Assembly (NCBI RefSeq): GCF_009914755.1
Contig: NC_060943.1
Length of the DNA: 64,000 bases
Direction: 5' to 3' (one strand)
Source: the human T2T-CHM13v2.0 reference genome, Homo sapiens
The notes under the pieces are model-generated. The model saw only the letters and a program-made list of their open reading frames with translations. It was not told the DNA's origin and made no database searches. This document shows, in pieces, positions 14,833 through 29,882 of the stretch; within the stretch, counting starts at the first letter, position 1, and each line of letters starts with the position of its first letter. The translations under genes and the position numbers were made by a program.

Positions 14833-16497
14833 ATGGAACACTCCCGTCATCACAGAAAGTTCTCTTAGACTGGGCGGATCTAGACTATCAAGAAATAGAA
14901 GACATTTTGAATGAAGATATTTTTATCCACATTTATAAATAATAGAGATAACACACTCCCTTGAGCCAAATGTGTCTTGACATCTCTCCTTCTTCTCTTT
15001 GTATTATGCCCACGTTCAATGTGGACACAGCCAGATTCTCTGGCTTAAATTGATTGCTCCGATTGGTATCATACGATGTCGGAATCAAAGACTGAAGCAG
15101 TAATTCACCAATGCGTAAAATGTATGCATTTATATTCCAAGGTAATTCCAAACTTGACCACACCTGGGAAGCTTTAAAAACCACCCAATACCAGGTCACA
15201 GCCCACATCAATTGAATCAGAAGTCTGGAGGTGGCACCAAAGCATCGGCGCTTTCAAAGCCTCACAGGTGATTCCAATATTAGCCAATATGGGTTCTATG
15301 ACATACAGCGTGAGCCAATGGTTCGTCATGCCTCTGGAGAGAAACCTGCCCTAACACAGGTGATACCTTCTGGAGCAAGGCAACCAACTCCATCAAATTC
15401 TCTGCCTTTGATCCATTCCTTGAGATATCTGTTTATTTCGACGTGAAAGAGACCAGCAGAGAAACTGACACGTGGATTAGGTTTAAAAAGAACAGGTACC
15501 TAGAGAAGTGGGATGAAGAGAAAGGCTTTACAGCGCTTTTCTCGGAAGGATTCTGTGGGCAAGCCAAGCATGGAGAGACCCCTGGGCTGACATCCCAAGA
15601 CTGGTTGCTGTCTGCGGCTACACATTTTGCTATGGATTCGGGTAGCTACAGGCAAAGCAGCAAGAGTAAACATGCCATTTTATATTCTCTTTCCTGGTGC
15701 ATGTGCATGCTGGAGTCTGCCTGCTGAGGAGGGGTTTAGAAAGTGGGAGGAACCCAGCGCTGAACTGCAGACAGCGCATCCCAGATCATGAGAGCTGACG
15801 GTTCCATTTTCAGGGCTTTTGCAACCAAGTTGTTCAACACAACCATTAGTCTAAATTAAATGATATAAGCTAACATTTAAATAAATCATATTAAAAACAA
15901 AAGTAATACATATTAAAACATACCAATTTCCAGTCATTTTTCTACACTTTTCAGCAGTCTATGCCCTTGAGGTTATTTATGTCTCTTGTATCTGTGTGGT
16001 GAAAGCAGGATGACAGACTTCTGCATGTGTTCTTTCAACTCCCTCATCAGGGGCTTCACGTTGGTAGTTTGAAATCTGCCATGATGGGGATATTCAACCC
16101 TTGGAAATTGGCATACCCTACAAATAGACGCATTCTCCCCTCCCCGGTGTTAAACCTCAGGACCCCACTGTGGCCTTCAGCCTCATCATCAGCCAGTTTC
16201 CTAGAGAATTAGGTTGGTTTTATGTATTGAGTAACAGCTTAACCAATAACCCACTGGTCTTCGATTGCATTGCTCATTGCCTTTTTCTGTATAGGTTCTC
16301 TAGACACCTCCATGGAAGAAAACCTCATTGCTTAAGGTTTGTTTCAAAAATTTCTGGATTCATTGCTAGTATTGCATAAGCTCATTCATTCTCCCCTGAG
16401 TTCGATGAAAAACACCCAAATTCCTCTAATTCTCATGTTCCTCTGTGATATTGAGACACAGCGTCCAATAGTTTTCCAACGGAATAGCTTTTCTTAC

Positions 16498-16638
16498 CTG
16501 GGAATGTCCCCCCCAGATAGTTGACACTCAGGAACAGCACGGATCAATAATGGCTCTGCCTCTGTCTCATCATCTTCTTGGAAAAAATGTGAGATGTCAC
16601 AAAGGGTCTCAGAAACACAGGGTAGCTCCCTGTATACC
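16498..16638 (-). CDS. CARD8: CARD8 141-nt dual-frame exon (VYRELPCVSE...PLLIRAVPECQLSGGDIPS); alternative frame MMRQRQSHY* starts at 16573
   Basis: ORF 16494..16697; CAG acceptor 16641-16639; GTAAG donor 16497-16493. Confidence 0.95.
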
Positions 16639-18257
16639 CTGGAAAACAACAACAGAATTTTTACTATGAATATAAGGTAGGTGCCTGATGATAGCATAGG
16701 CTGTGCAGGAAGATTTTATGTTAATAGCCATAGACTCAATATTTTATCTTAGGGAAGTCATTCCTCAGGCCCCTACGACTCCATCTCACCTCTCAGACTC
16801 CCATGACTCTTTCTTACATCTCATTATGTTAAATTTAACTGGCTCTCTGTTTCCCACTATATGCTGCTCTTTCCATCCTAGGAAGCAGACGTCAGTCAGT
16901 TCTCAACATCTAGCATTTGCCACAAACATTGGTTTCATAATAGGTCAACAAGTATGTTGACCTATATAACCTTGCTAAGAATTTTAGGGAAAGGATGAGA
17001 TTCCTAATTTGTAGTCTCCCTTCATCCATAATTGGTGCCCGAGAGAATAGGACCCTAAAATGATTGGGATTGCAGGGCATTAGTGAGATTGGGCATGTTT
17101 TATAAGAACCCATGGAACAGTTATCTCCTCTTCTCCCTTCTGCCTGCAAATGGTGAGAGGGGTTGCATAAAGCAACAAAAATGCTCACAGAAAAAGAAAA
17201 TTATGGATATTGTACACACTTTCTTTTCCCATCAAGGATCCTTATTCAGATATGGAACATGAGAGTCCTATGCTAGATCCTTTTCTCTTCTTCATTTTTG
17301 AAGGCTTGGTGCTGTCCTCCTATGGCTGGCAGGAATCAAGATTGAGGTTAGGAGTGATGGAGTGTCCTTTATGCCAAGATATTCAATGGCCAATATGACA
17401 GCCACTAGCCACACCTGCCTATTTACATTTAGTTTTAAATTGTTAAATGTGAAAATCAGTTCCTCCTTTGAAGTAGCCATATTTCAAGTGCTCAAAAGCC
17501 ACACGTGGCTCTTGCCTGCCACCATGTAAGACATGCGTTTGCTCCTCCTTTGACTTCTGCCATGATGGTGAGGCCTCCCCAGCCACGTGAAACTAAAAGA
17601 ATTTTTCTGGGTAATGGACATAGGCATAGGACGTCTGGCAACAAAATCTGCTTTGAAGAGGACTCCAGGGAATAGAGATGAGGTCTCAGGCTGGTCTTGA
17701 ATTCCCGGCCCCAAGAAATCCTTCCACCTTGGCATCCCAAAGCACTGGGATTACAGTCATGAGCCACCGCACCCAGCCTGAGCATTACTGTTTGATAGAT
17801 ATTCCCAAATCACTCTCCACAAAAGGTTACAACAGTGAACACTTCCATCAGCTGAATATCTGTGAAAGCAATTGTTGAGAGATTTTGAAGTAAGTTCAAA
17901 ACCAAACTGTAGAAAAAAATCATTGACAAAAAAGGAAAGCAAAAAAAAAGAAAGAAAATAACTGAGGAATTATTACTGAAGACAACTTTTGTCTAAAAAA
18001 AAAAAAGAACATTTGTTTGCAATGTAAAATCGGGTTTCAGCTGGAAAATTAAGCCTGTTAAAAACATCAACAACAAGAGCAAAAATCCTGAATATTTTTT
18101 CAGCAATTCTGATTAAAGTATGTATGTTAAAAAAAGAAAAAGCCATGTGAGGCCAGTGGCTTTCACACTGGACACCACAGACAGGGAACATTTCCATCCT
18201 GGGTGAGAACTCTATTGGACAGCATTGACTTTAGAACCTCTGCTGTAGTCCAGTTGA

Positions 18258-18545
<288 letters not shown>

Positions 18546-18843
18546 TGAACCACCCGCCCTGGCCTCCCAAAGTCCTGGGATTACACCTGTGAGCCACCGC
18601 ACCCAGTCTGGGATAGGTTTTATTAAACAAAGTAGTTCTTTAAGCTCTACCATCCATGGTCCCCGGCGTGCAGCACTGCTTTTAAAATATCCCATGTTAA
18701 ATGGGTGCATGGACCAAGCAAGACTGAGGAATTCCTGTCCTCATTAGCAGTGCTTTTCAGCCTGTGAAATATCACCCTGAAATAAAATCTATACCTGAGT
18801 TAACAGTACTGTATCAACATCAGTTTCCTGGTATTAGCAATGA

Positions 18844-20252
<1,409 letters not shown>

Positions 20253-20477
20253 TGAGATTACAGGTGTGAGCCACTGGGCTCAGACCTTTTTTCCCTACTT
20301 CTTATGAGATACAAACTCTTTTGAAATAAAAACTTAAGATAACAAAGAAGAAAAGTAACATATATACTAATTTTTATGCAAATAACCTGCATGTCTTTGC
20401 TTCTTATGAATGTACATAAACCAATGGAGCAAAATTCCAAATCTTTAATTTTTTCCCAACAAATAGATGTCCCTTAC

Positions 20478-20627
20478 GTATCATTTGTCACACAGGCCTC
20501 AGCCTGAAAAAAAATTCCAGTTTTTGTGTATTGCAGTTCCCGTATGCTATTGTCAACCAACAGTTTCCGTGATCCTTGTAGTCTAATGAGTTTGGATGCA
20601 TCTATGTTCCTACTGGATCCACTGTCC
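20478..20627 (-). CDS. CARD8: CARD8 150-nt in-frame alternative exon (DSGSSRNIDASKLIRLQGSRK...GIFFQAEACVTNDT), viral protease 'tripwire' region
   Basis: ORF 20474..20662; CAG acceptor 20630-20628; GTAAG donor 20477-20473; phase 2/2; length divisible by 3. Confidence 0.95.
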
Positions 20628-20721
20628 CTGGGAAAACACAAATGGAATTGGAATGTGAGCATGTCAGAGGAGCTCGATGGTGGGACAATCTCCTCACTGT
20701 GATGTAGCGAAAGTAGCCCGA

Positions 20722-20948
20722 TCCTTAGAGATATCCATCCTTACACATGCCCATCCATAGAGATGCCATCCTTAGAGATATCCATCCTTAGACATGCCCA
20801 TCCATAGAGATGCCATCCTTAGAGACATCCATCCTTAGACATGCCCATCCATAGAGATGCCATCCTTAGAGATACTATCCTTAGAGATGCCATCCTCAGA
20901 GATGCCTTAGAGATGCCCATTCTTAGAGACACCTTCTTCGATGCCCAT
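20722..20948. repeat. Minisatellite, 15-16-bp unit ATCC(T/A)TAGA(G/C)AT(G/A)CC, organised as three 47-bp higher-order copies plus degenerate units
   Basis: Read directly. Confidence 0.9.
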
Positions 20949-21518
20949 GCTAGAATAAAATACCATTCCTCCACATTTTTATTGAACTAACTGCATTGCT
21001 GTTACCACTTCGTAGACAATGATCTTATCTCAGGAGGCATGCCTCCTTTGATTCTCAATCCCTGATGTTCATCACGGTCTGTCACACTTGGTGATGCTCG
21101 CTACTGGCTTCTGAAAGGATACTGTGTTTTTGTAAACTATAGGAGCATAACAAGGGCCCCACTCTTCTATCCTTCGTTGGTCCTAAACAGGAGGGAATGT
21201 TAACCAGATGAAGTTGTTTGCACAACACTGAATGGACTGAGCTTATTTGAAGGTAGGATCTCTTTATTTAGTGTGAGCGTGTCAGGGATGATGGACACTA
21301 GAGTGATCTGCATTCACTGCCTTTCACAGACATCACTCAGCAGTGACAGACCTGTCAAAGTTGTTGCTTAACCTCTCTGAGTATCAGCTTTCTAATTTGT
21401 AAAATAAGGATACAGTACTCTCGTCACAAATCCTTGTGGTGATTAATCATAGAAGGCTAAAATTACTTAGCGCAAGAGTTGGAAACACTGGGTTCCCAAA
21501 GCAAACAATTCGTCCTAG

Positions 21519-21897
<379 letters not shown>

Positions 21898-22567
21898 TGA
21901 GAAGCTTGTGAACAATATAAATGTATTTGTCACAGCTCTGGATGCTGGAAAGCCCAGGATCAAGGTGCTGGTAGATCAGTGTCTGCTCCTGATTCATAGA
22001 GGGCAGACTTCTTGTTCTGTCCAAGCATGGGGAAAGAGAAAGGAGCTCTCCAGGGTTCCTTCATGAGGGAACTAATTCCATTCATGAGGGCGCTACCTTT
22101 ATCACCTGACACCTCTCAAAGGCCCCATCTCCTAACAACATCACATTGGAAGTTAGGATTTCAACATATTAATATTGGAAGAACACAAACATTCATTCTG
22201 CAGCAGTGTCTGAATTGCATACATGAAATATTTGGTCAGATTAATTTGTTTTGAGTTCCAAGACAATGTAAAACAGTGCATTCATTTTCTACAAATGAGA
22301 CATAAGCCTGGTGCTGATGAGGAGCCACTGAAACACACAGAGGGAGGGCTTAGTGAGTCAGGCTGCTTGGTTCTGCTCTGATCTGGGCGCCATGCTATGG
22401 GATTGTCAAGAGCATGGTCAAGGCCATAGGCCCATGCATCAAGGAAAGAGCTGGAAGAACAGCCCTAGACTCGCTTTTGCTCAGGTATGAAGTTGCCATG
22501 GTCAGAATCAAGGAAGGAGAGAGAAGGTCTAAAAAGGTCAGAAACAGGGAAGGAGAGAGAAGGTCTA

Positions 22568-22994
<427 letters not shown>

Positions 22995-23055
22995 CTATAA
23001 CGAAACACAGAAGAATCAGCCATCAGGAGCCCTCACAGAGCGCAAAGTCACTCAC

Positions 23056-23114
23056 CGTCTCGGCAGCTCTTCCTCACTGCTGCTACTCTTTTCTGGACAC
23101 TCCTTTTTTTCCAT
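23056..23114 (-). CDS. CARD8: CARD8 first coding exon (MEKKECPEKSSSSEEELPR-R); whole exon 23056-23157 includes 43 nt of 5'UTR
   Basis: Manual translation matches the CARD8 N-terminus as I recall it; ATG at 23114-23112; acceptor CAG 23160-23158; donor GTGAG 23055-23051. Confidence 0.95.
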
Positions 23115-23370
23115 TTGTCAAATGTGGTATTTATGTCTTTACTGTATCTTTTTTACCCTGAAAAAATAAAAGGAGGTTGTACTTAGGTACTTGGGAAGAA
23201 CCATCAGATAAATCTTAGCTTCTGTGTCTCTCAAAGGTTGACAAAAGCGCTTATTGCTCATTCACAAGAGATGCATCAGTGGAATTGCTCCTAGTAGTGG
23301 TAGGTACTTGGGACAGAGGCCGAAACAGGAGAGTTGTAAAACAGAAACTAGAAACTTCCTTTTTTTTTAG

Positions 23371-23586
<216 letters not shown>

Positions 23587-24177
23587 TGATCGGCCCGTCT
23601 CGGCCTCCCAAAGTGCCGGATTGCAGGCGTGAGCCACCGTGCCCTGCCGGATTTTTCAAATTCTTTTATTTTTGATGTGGCCCTGGGTCTGCAAGTTAAG
23701 TTATGCAGAACAGGAACTTCTAAAGATTCCAACCTGACAGAGGCAAAAGTGTGATTATTTTCCTTGCCTTCCATTCTTCTCTCGTACAACTCTAATCGTT
23801 TTTCTTGCCTAAATTGTCACCTTGATTTCTTTAAAATACTTGGGTTTAGGAACCGTTGTCTAATCCATTACCTTCACCGGCTCTGCTATGACATTTTTTA
23901 AAGATTAGATTTTTAAAATAATGGCTTTATGGATATATAGTTCACAAACCACACAATTCACCCACATAAGTCTACAATTCAATGTTGTATATATAGTAAT
24001 GAAGTTGTACAACCACCACCACAATCAGTTTTAGGACAGCGTCATCACCTCAAAAAGAAACTCATTAAGCGGCACTCCCCATTCCCCACAGGCACGCACA
24101 CCCAGCCACAGGCACCCACGCATCCACCTTCTGTCTCCATAGGTTTACTCATTCTGGACATTTGATTTAATAGGAGT

Positions 24178-24543
24178 TGTTATGGACCGAATGTATGTGT
24201 CCACCCTCAAGTTCATGTGTTGAAATCCTAACTCCAAATGTGATGATAGGAGGAGATGGGGCCTTCGGGAGGTGATGAGGTCATGAGGGTGGAATCCTCA
24301 TGAATGGTCTCAACGCCCTTAGCAAAGAGACCCCAGAGACCTCGCTCCCGCTTTCTACCGTGGGAGGGCGCAGCAAGAAGTCAGCCGTCTATGAACAAGG
24401 AAGCAGGTCCTCTCCAGGCACTGAATGTACCAGTGCCTTGATCGTGGACTTCCCAGCCTCCAGAACTGTGAGAAATAAATTCTGTTGTTTAAGCCACATA
24501 GTCTATGATACTTTTGTTAAAGAAGCCCAAAGTGACTAAGACA
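24178..24543 (+). mobile_element. MaLR (MLT1A/MST-like) LTR within old L1 sequence; mirrored at ~44953-45317
   Basis: ttcatgtgttgaaatcctaac, gacttcccagcctccagaactgtgagaaataaa, gactaagaca. Confidence 0.7.
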
Positions 24544-24904
24544 GGCATCAAACAATATATTGTCCTTTGTGATGGATTCTTTCACTTCCCGTATGTTTTC
24601 AAGGTCCATCCATATTATACCGCATAACAGCACCTCCTTTGCTTTCATGGCTGAATAATATTCCACCGTATGGAGACATCACATATTCTCTTATCCATTC
24701 AGCAGACGATAGACATTTGGGTGAGTTCCACTTTGGGGCTGTTATGAAAAATGATACTGTGAATATTCAGGTACGAATTTCCATGTGGACAGATTATTTC
24801 CTTCTCTTGGGTACATACTTAGGAGTGGAGTTGCTGGGTCATATGGTAACTCTATGTTTACCCTTCAAGGAACTGCCAGACTGTTTTCCAAAGCGCCAAT
24901 TTCC

Positions 24905-24929
24905 GTGCTCGCTTCGGCAGCACATATAC
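24905..24929 (+). pseudogene. 3'-truncated (tailless) U6 snRNA retrocopy, 25 nt
   Basis: GTGCTCGCTTCGGCAGCACATATAC is U6 nt 1-25; flanked by a 17-bp TSD ccaaagcgccaat(t/c)tcc; empty site in the right arm at 44593-44609. Confidence 0.9.
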
Positions 24930-27307
24930 CAAAGCGCCAATCTCCATTCCCACCAGCAGTGTAGGAGGGGGCCAGCTTCTCCATATCCTCACCTATAATT
25001 GTTATTATGGGCCTTTTGAAAATGGCCATTCTAGTACATGTAAAGTGATAAGTTATTGTGATTTTTGAAGATTAACTTTTATATAATAATAAAAATACAT
25101 ATTATTAATAGCATTTCAGAGACTCTGGATAACAGAAAAGATAATTAGTGAAATACAAATCACTAATTTGTAATTAGTCACCAGGCTGCTCCACCTCCCA
25201 GGTTCAAGCGATTTTCCTGCCTCAGCCTCCTGAGTAGCTGGGACTACATGCGTGAGCCATGACGCCTGGCTAATTTTTTTGTATTTTTAGTAGAGACGGG
25301 GTTTCACCGTGTTAGCCAGGATGGTCTCGATCTCCTGACCTGGTGATCCTCCCGCCTCAGCCTCTCAAAGTGCTGGGATTACAGACGTGAGCCATTGCCC
25401 CTGGCCCAGAGAAATAATCTAAAGATTTGAATTCCAAAACCCTATACAAATGTTTTATTTTACCACCACTGAATTTATCTGCAATAACTGAATGTCTATT
25501 TATATGCATAATAATCACTCACAGGTTCCAACTAAACAAATATTTCTATCCAATTTTCAATAAAAATATTAAAATCTGCATATTTAATTTATTCATGTTT
25601 AATTATTATGCTTCTCACAGCCTGCGAAAAATTTAATTTAGCTATCCTCTGAACTACAAGCTTTTCCTTTGTTATAACGAACACTTTTCTTTTACTTAAG
25701 TATCGTTATTCCAGAGTTAATATAGTATGCATTCAAATTACTTCTTATTTAGTATTATTTTACCTAGTACCATTATATATTTAATTTTTTCTCATGAAGC
25801 CAGGCACAGTGGTTTGTGCCTGTAGTCCCAGCTACTCAGGAGGCTGAAGTGACAGGATCCCTTGATCCCAGGAGATTAAGGTCGCAGTGAGCTATGATGG
25901 CGCCGCTGCATTCCAGTCTGGGCGACAAAGCAATACCTCATTTCAAGAAACGAAATGGAATTTTTTCCTTATAAGAATCTTAAAGAAGGTGTACATTATC
26001 TTGGCTAACTTTCTATAGGATTAAGTAGAAGTTATTGAGACTTGGTCTACAGTCTTCTTTTTTTCATGAGTCAAAAAGCATCTCTCACTTTAGTTACACC
26101 TGTATTAGGAGAGTTATGATCAATTACAGCAGTTGTAGTTTCTGAGAACTTGGATAAATACAAACCTGAATTACACAGAATTTATGTAAATCCAGATATT
26201 CAAAAATGAGAAATAATGTAATATATGACCAAAGTAATATCAAGACAACATACAATTAAATCACTCAACAATTACTGGGAATATGTATCAAGGCAAGAAT
26301 TGTAAAATTCTACCTGGTACTTCTGAAATGAACAAGGCAATGAGAAATAACAGTTTATCTTGTCTATTACTGAGTATCAATGAAAGCAATAAGGTGAACG
26401 GAAAAGTCCATGAAAACTCCATTTTCAGAATAATGAGGAGACAGATTTAATTCACAGATCCAAATGTTTCTCACCGGCTGACAAAACTGTGTTAAGTCAG
26501 GGTGAAGCATGGCGGAGGAACAGGGAGGAAGTGCAGAGTGAGAAAACATAAAGAAGTCAGGAAGTGCCAGAGGAGTAATTTCCTGTGAGTAAAGCCTCAT
26601 ACTCGGTGATTTATCTATAGAGTTTGAATACAAGAGCTGTGAGGTCTGGGCAGGTAGAGTGGAGGCTGAGCAGGAGATAAATGTGGTAGAGGCGGTGTGG
26701 ATCCTTGAAAACAGAGAAATGCCCTAATGTGACAGAGTACAGAAATACTACAAAAACACACTTGTAGAAAGAACATTCTGCATATAATCAGGCATGGAAC
26801 GGTCCCATGCATTCCATAATAATTAAGAAAAAGATATTACCAGAGCATTGCTTAAAGGCACTACAAGAAAATAGGTGAGAAGACCAGGAAGTTGTTGTTT
26901 TTTGTTTTGTTTTGTTTTAGATAAAGAACAATCAAAGGAAAATGATGGACCCAAGTTAACAATCACTCTTGGGGGGAAAAAAACTCCACCCACAATTCCT
27001 AAGTAAAAAGGATTACACACATTCTCGGCATAATATGTCTCTCTCAGGCCAAAGGATAACCTTGTGCTTCATGTGGACACTATGAAATCATTCCAGCTGA
27101 AGTCAGGAAAATACCAAGACCTTCCCTATTTAAGTTAAAATATCGGAAGCTTATTCCAAAATATTGGACAAATTCCAAATACAGTGATTGAAAGGAAGGA
27201 GATTAAACTATAACTCACTACACGTTATTTTCCTCTATAGAGAAACATAACGAATCACCTGAAATAAGCTACAAAAGTAAGATAAACCAGTAAGTTAGAG
27301 AAAGAAT

Positions 27308-27606
27308 CTTTTTTTTTCTTTGAGACGGGGCCTCCCTCTGTCGCTCAGGCTGTAGAGAAGTGGCACAATCTCGGCTCACTGCAACCTCTGCATCCTGGGT
27401 TCAAGTGATTCTCCTGCCTTAGCCTCCCAAGTAGCTGCGATTACAGACATGCACCACCATGCCTGGCTAATTTTTTTTGTATTTTTAGTAGAGATGGGGT
27501 TTCACCATGTTGGATAGGCTGGTCTCAAACTTCTGACCTCAGGTGATCCGCCCACCTCAGCCTCCCAAAGTGCTGGGATTACAGGTGTCAGCCACCGCAC
27601 CAGCCA
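27308..27606 (-). mobile_element. AluSx-like element shared by both arms (mirror at 39587-39882)
   Basis: Same insertion site and shared private features (tccaacatgg, A8 linker) in both arms. Confidence 0.85.
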
Positions 27607-29850
27607 GAAGAATCTTAATATACAAAAGTGAATAGCTTCTTAATATAACAGACTATCCCAATTCCATGAAAGAAGAAAATACACTCATTAAAATAGCAAC
27701 TATGGTACCTAGAACTAAACTATACAAAAAAACTACATGACCCATATAATGCTTTTATTTTGAAATAATTTTAAACATTGAAAAATAGCAAAGATTCACA
27801 TAAATCCTCAACCAGCTTATCTGAATGTTAGCTATATATAATTGTATTATATATAAAATAATTGTTATATATAAAATAACTAATTTATTGTATTGTATAT
27901 TGTATTATATATACATTTATTGTATTATATATAAATAATTGCATATCTACATTTAATATATTATATATAATATACAATTGTATATGCAATTGTAATATGA
28001 TAATTACATATATAATAGTATATATAATACAATTATCCAACCAGGAAATTGATGTTAGCATATCGTACCATTACTTAATGTGCAGACCTTATTTGAATTT
28101 TATCAACATTTGTCTGAATGTCCTCTTTGTTCTCCAAGATCTAATCGAGGATCTCACATTGCACTTACTTGTTATCCCTCCTTAGATTCCTCCAGTCTGT
28201 GACCGTTTCTTATTCTTCCCTTGTCTTTTGTGATTGTGACATTTTTGCGGAACATGGTCAACTATTTTACAGAATGTTTATCAATTTGGATTTCTTTGAT
28301 GTTTTCTCACGATTAGGCTGAGGTCATGCATGTTTGTCTTCTGTGTTCAGTCAACATGCCCCGTCCTTTTTGGAATATTTCTTCATGTTCTGGAGTCACA
28401 ATTTGTTCCAATGTTATCCTATATACTCCTGCCCCAGCCCTGGAAGTAACCACTTCTCCACGGATCCTTGGCTCCCTTGTATTCAAAAACAGTATTTAGA
28501 AACCAAGATCTGGAAACTATGTGTGTTTACAGCTACTAAGATATCTTTGTCCTAATCTCTCTCAGTGGAAAGACCTGGGGAATCCATGCATGTATACCGA
28601 ACTGTGCCTACACATGCCTGTATTTACTTCTCGATAGATAGACTGACAAACAGATAGACAAATAGAGCAGAGCAAAGAGCTATTCTGATACATGAAATAG
28701 AAAATCAATAATAAAAAAAAACATTGCTCTAGAAATAGGTAGACAAAGGATATGAACATGAAATTCACAGAAATGGAAAAATAAATGGTTCCCAAGCACG
28801 TGCTGAATGAAAAAACACCATGCTGAATGAAGATTAAAGCTACTCTTGAATATTTTTTCTCCATGAATTTGGAAATCATGCGAAAGTCTGAAAACTCATC
28901 TACTGACAAGGCTGTGGGAAATCTGACATTCTGATATTGCTGATGGGAGTGTCACCTGCTATTCATTATATGGATGGCAACTTTATGGACATCTTTGAAC
29001 GCATAAATGACATCCCATTTGGAATGGTAAATCAATTTTGAGGAATTGATATACTCCTATACAAATATACTTACCTATGTATGAACTCATGCTCACATGT
29101 TTACTCACTGTGGCACTCTTCATAAATACAATTGAGGCCAGGCGCTATGGCTCAAGCCTGTAATCACCACACCTTGAGAGGCCAAGCCGGGTAGATCACT
29201 TGAGGTCAGGAGTTCGAGACCAGCCTGGCCAACAAGGTGAAACCCCGTCTCTACGAAAAATACAAAAATTACCTGGGTGTGGTGGCATGGGCCTGTAATT
29301 TCAGCTACTCGGGAGGGTGAGGCAGGAGAATCGCTTGAACCAAGAAGTCATAGGTTGCAGTGAGCCAAAATGGTGCCACTGCACTCCAGCCTGGGTGACA
29401 CAGCAAGACTCCATCTCAAAAATTAAAAGTAAAATAAAATAAACTAAAATTTGAAACAACTGAAATGTTTTTCAATAGGGGAATGAATAAAGACATCATG
29501 ATACATCCGATGATGAAATAATATGCAATTTTAAAAGAATGTCAAAGTTCACTAAAAACTGATACTGAATTATCACTAAGATCTATTGTTAATGAAGAAA
29601 GGCATAGTAAACAACATGTAAACTTTCTACTCTTCAAGTAAAGAGTAAAAATTTGTATATGCATAAAGAAACTCTGGATATATATATATACAGTAACACC
29701 ACAGTACATATTCAACTGTGTTTGGGGAGCAGACTATGTGAATTTATTACCCTTTATAAAGTAAACAAATGGTTTAAAAACCTCCACCTAAAATTTTCAC
29801 ACGCAAAATTTTATATATATATACTATACTTTCATGACACTATGTTATTG

Positions 29851-29882
<32 letters not shown>

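Noticed and set aside
20722-20948. CRISPR-like array
   Set aside because: Human DNA; contiguous tandem units with no unique spacers
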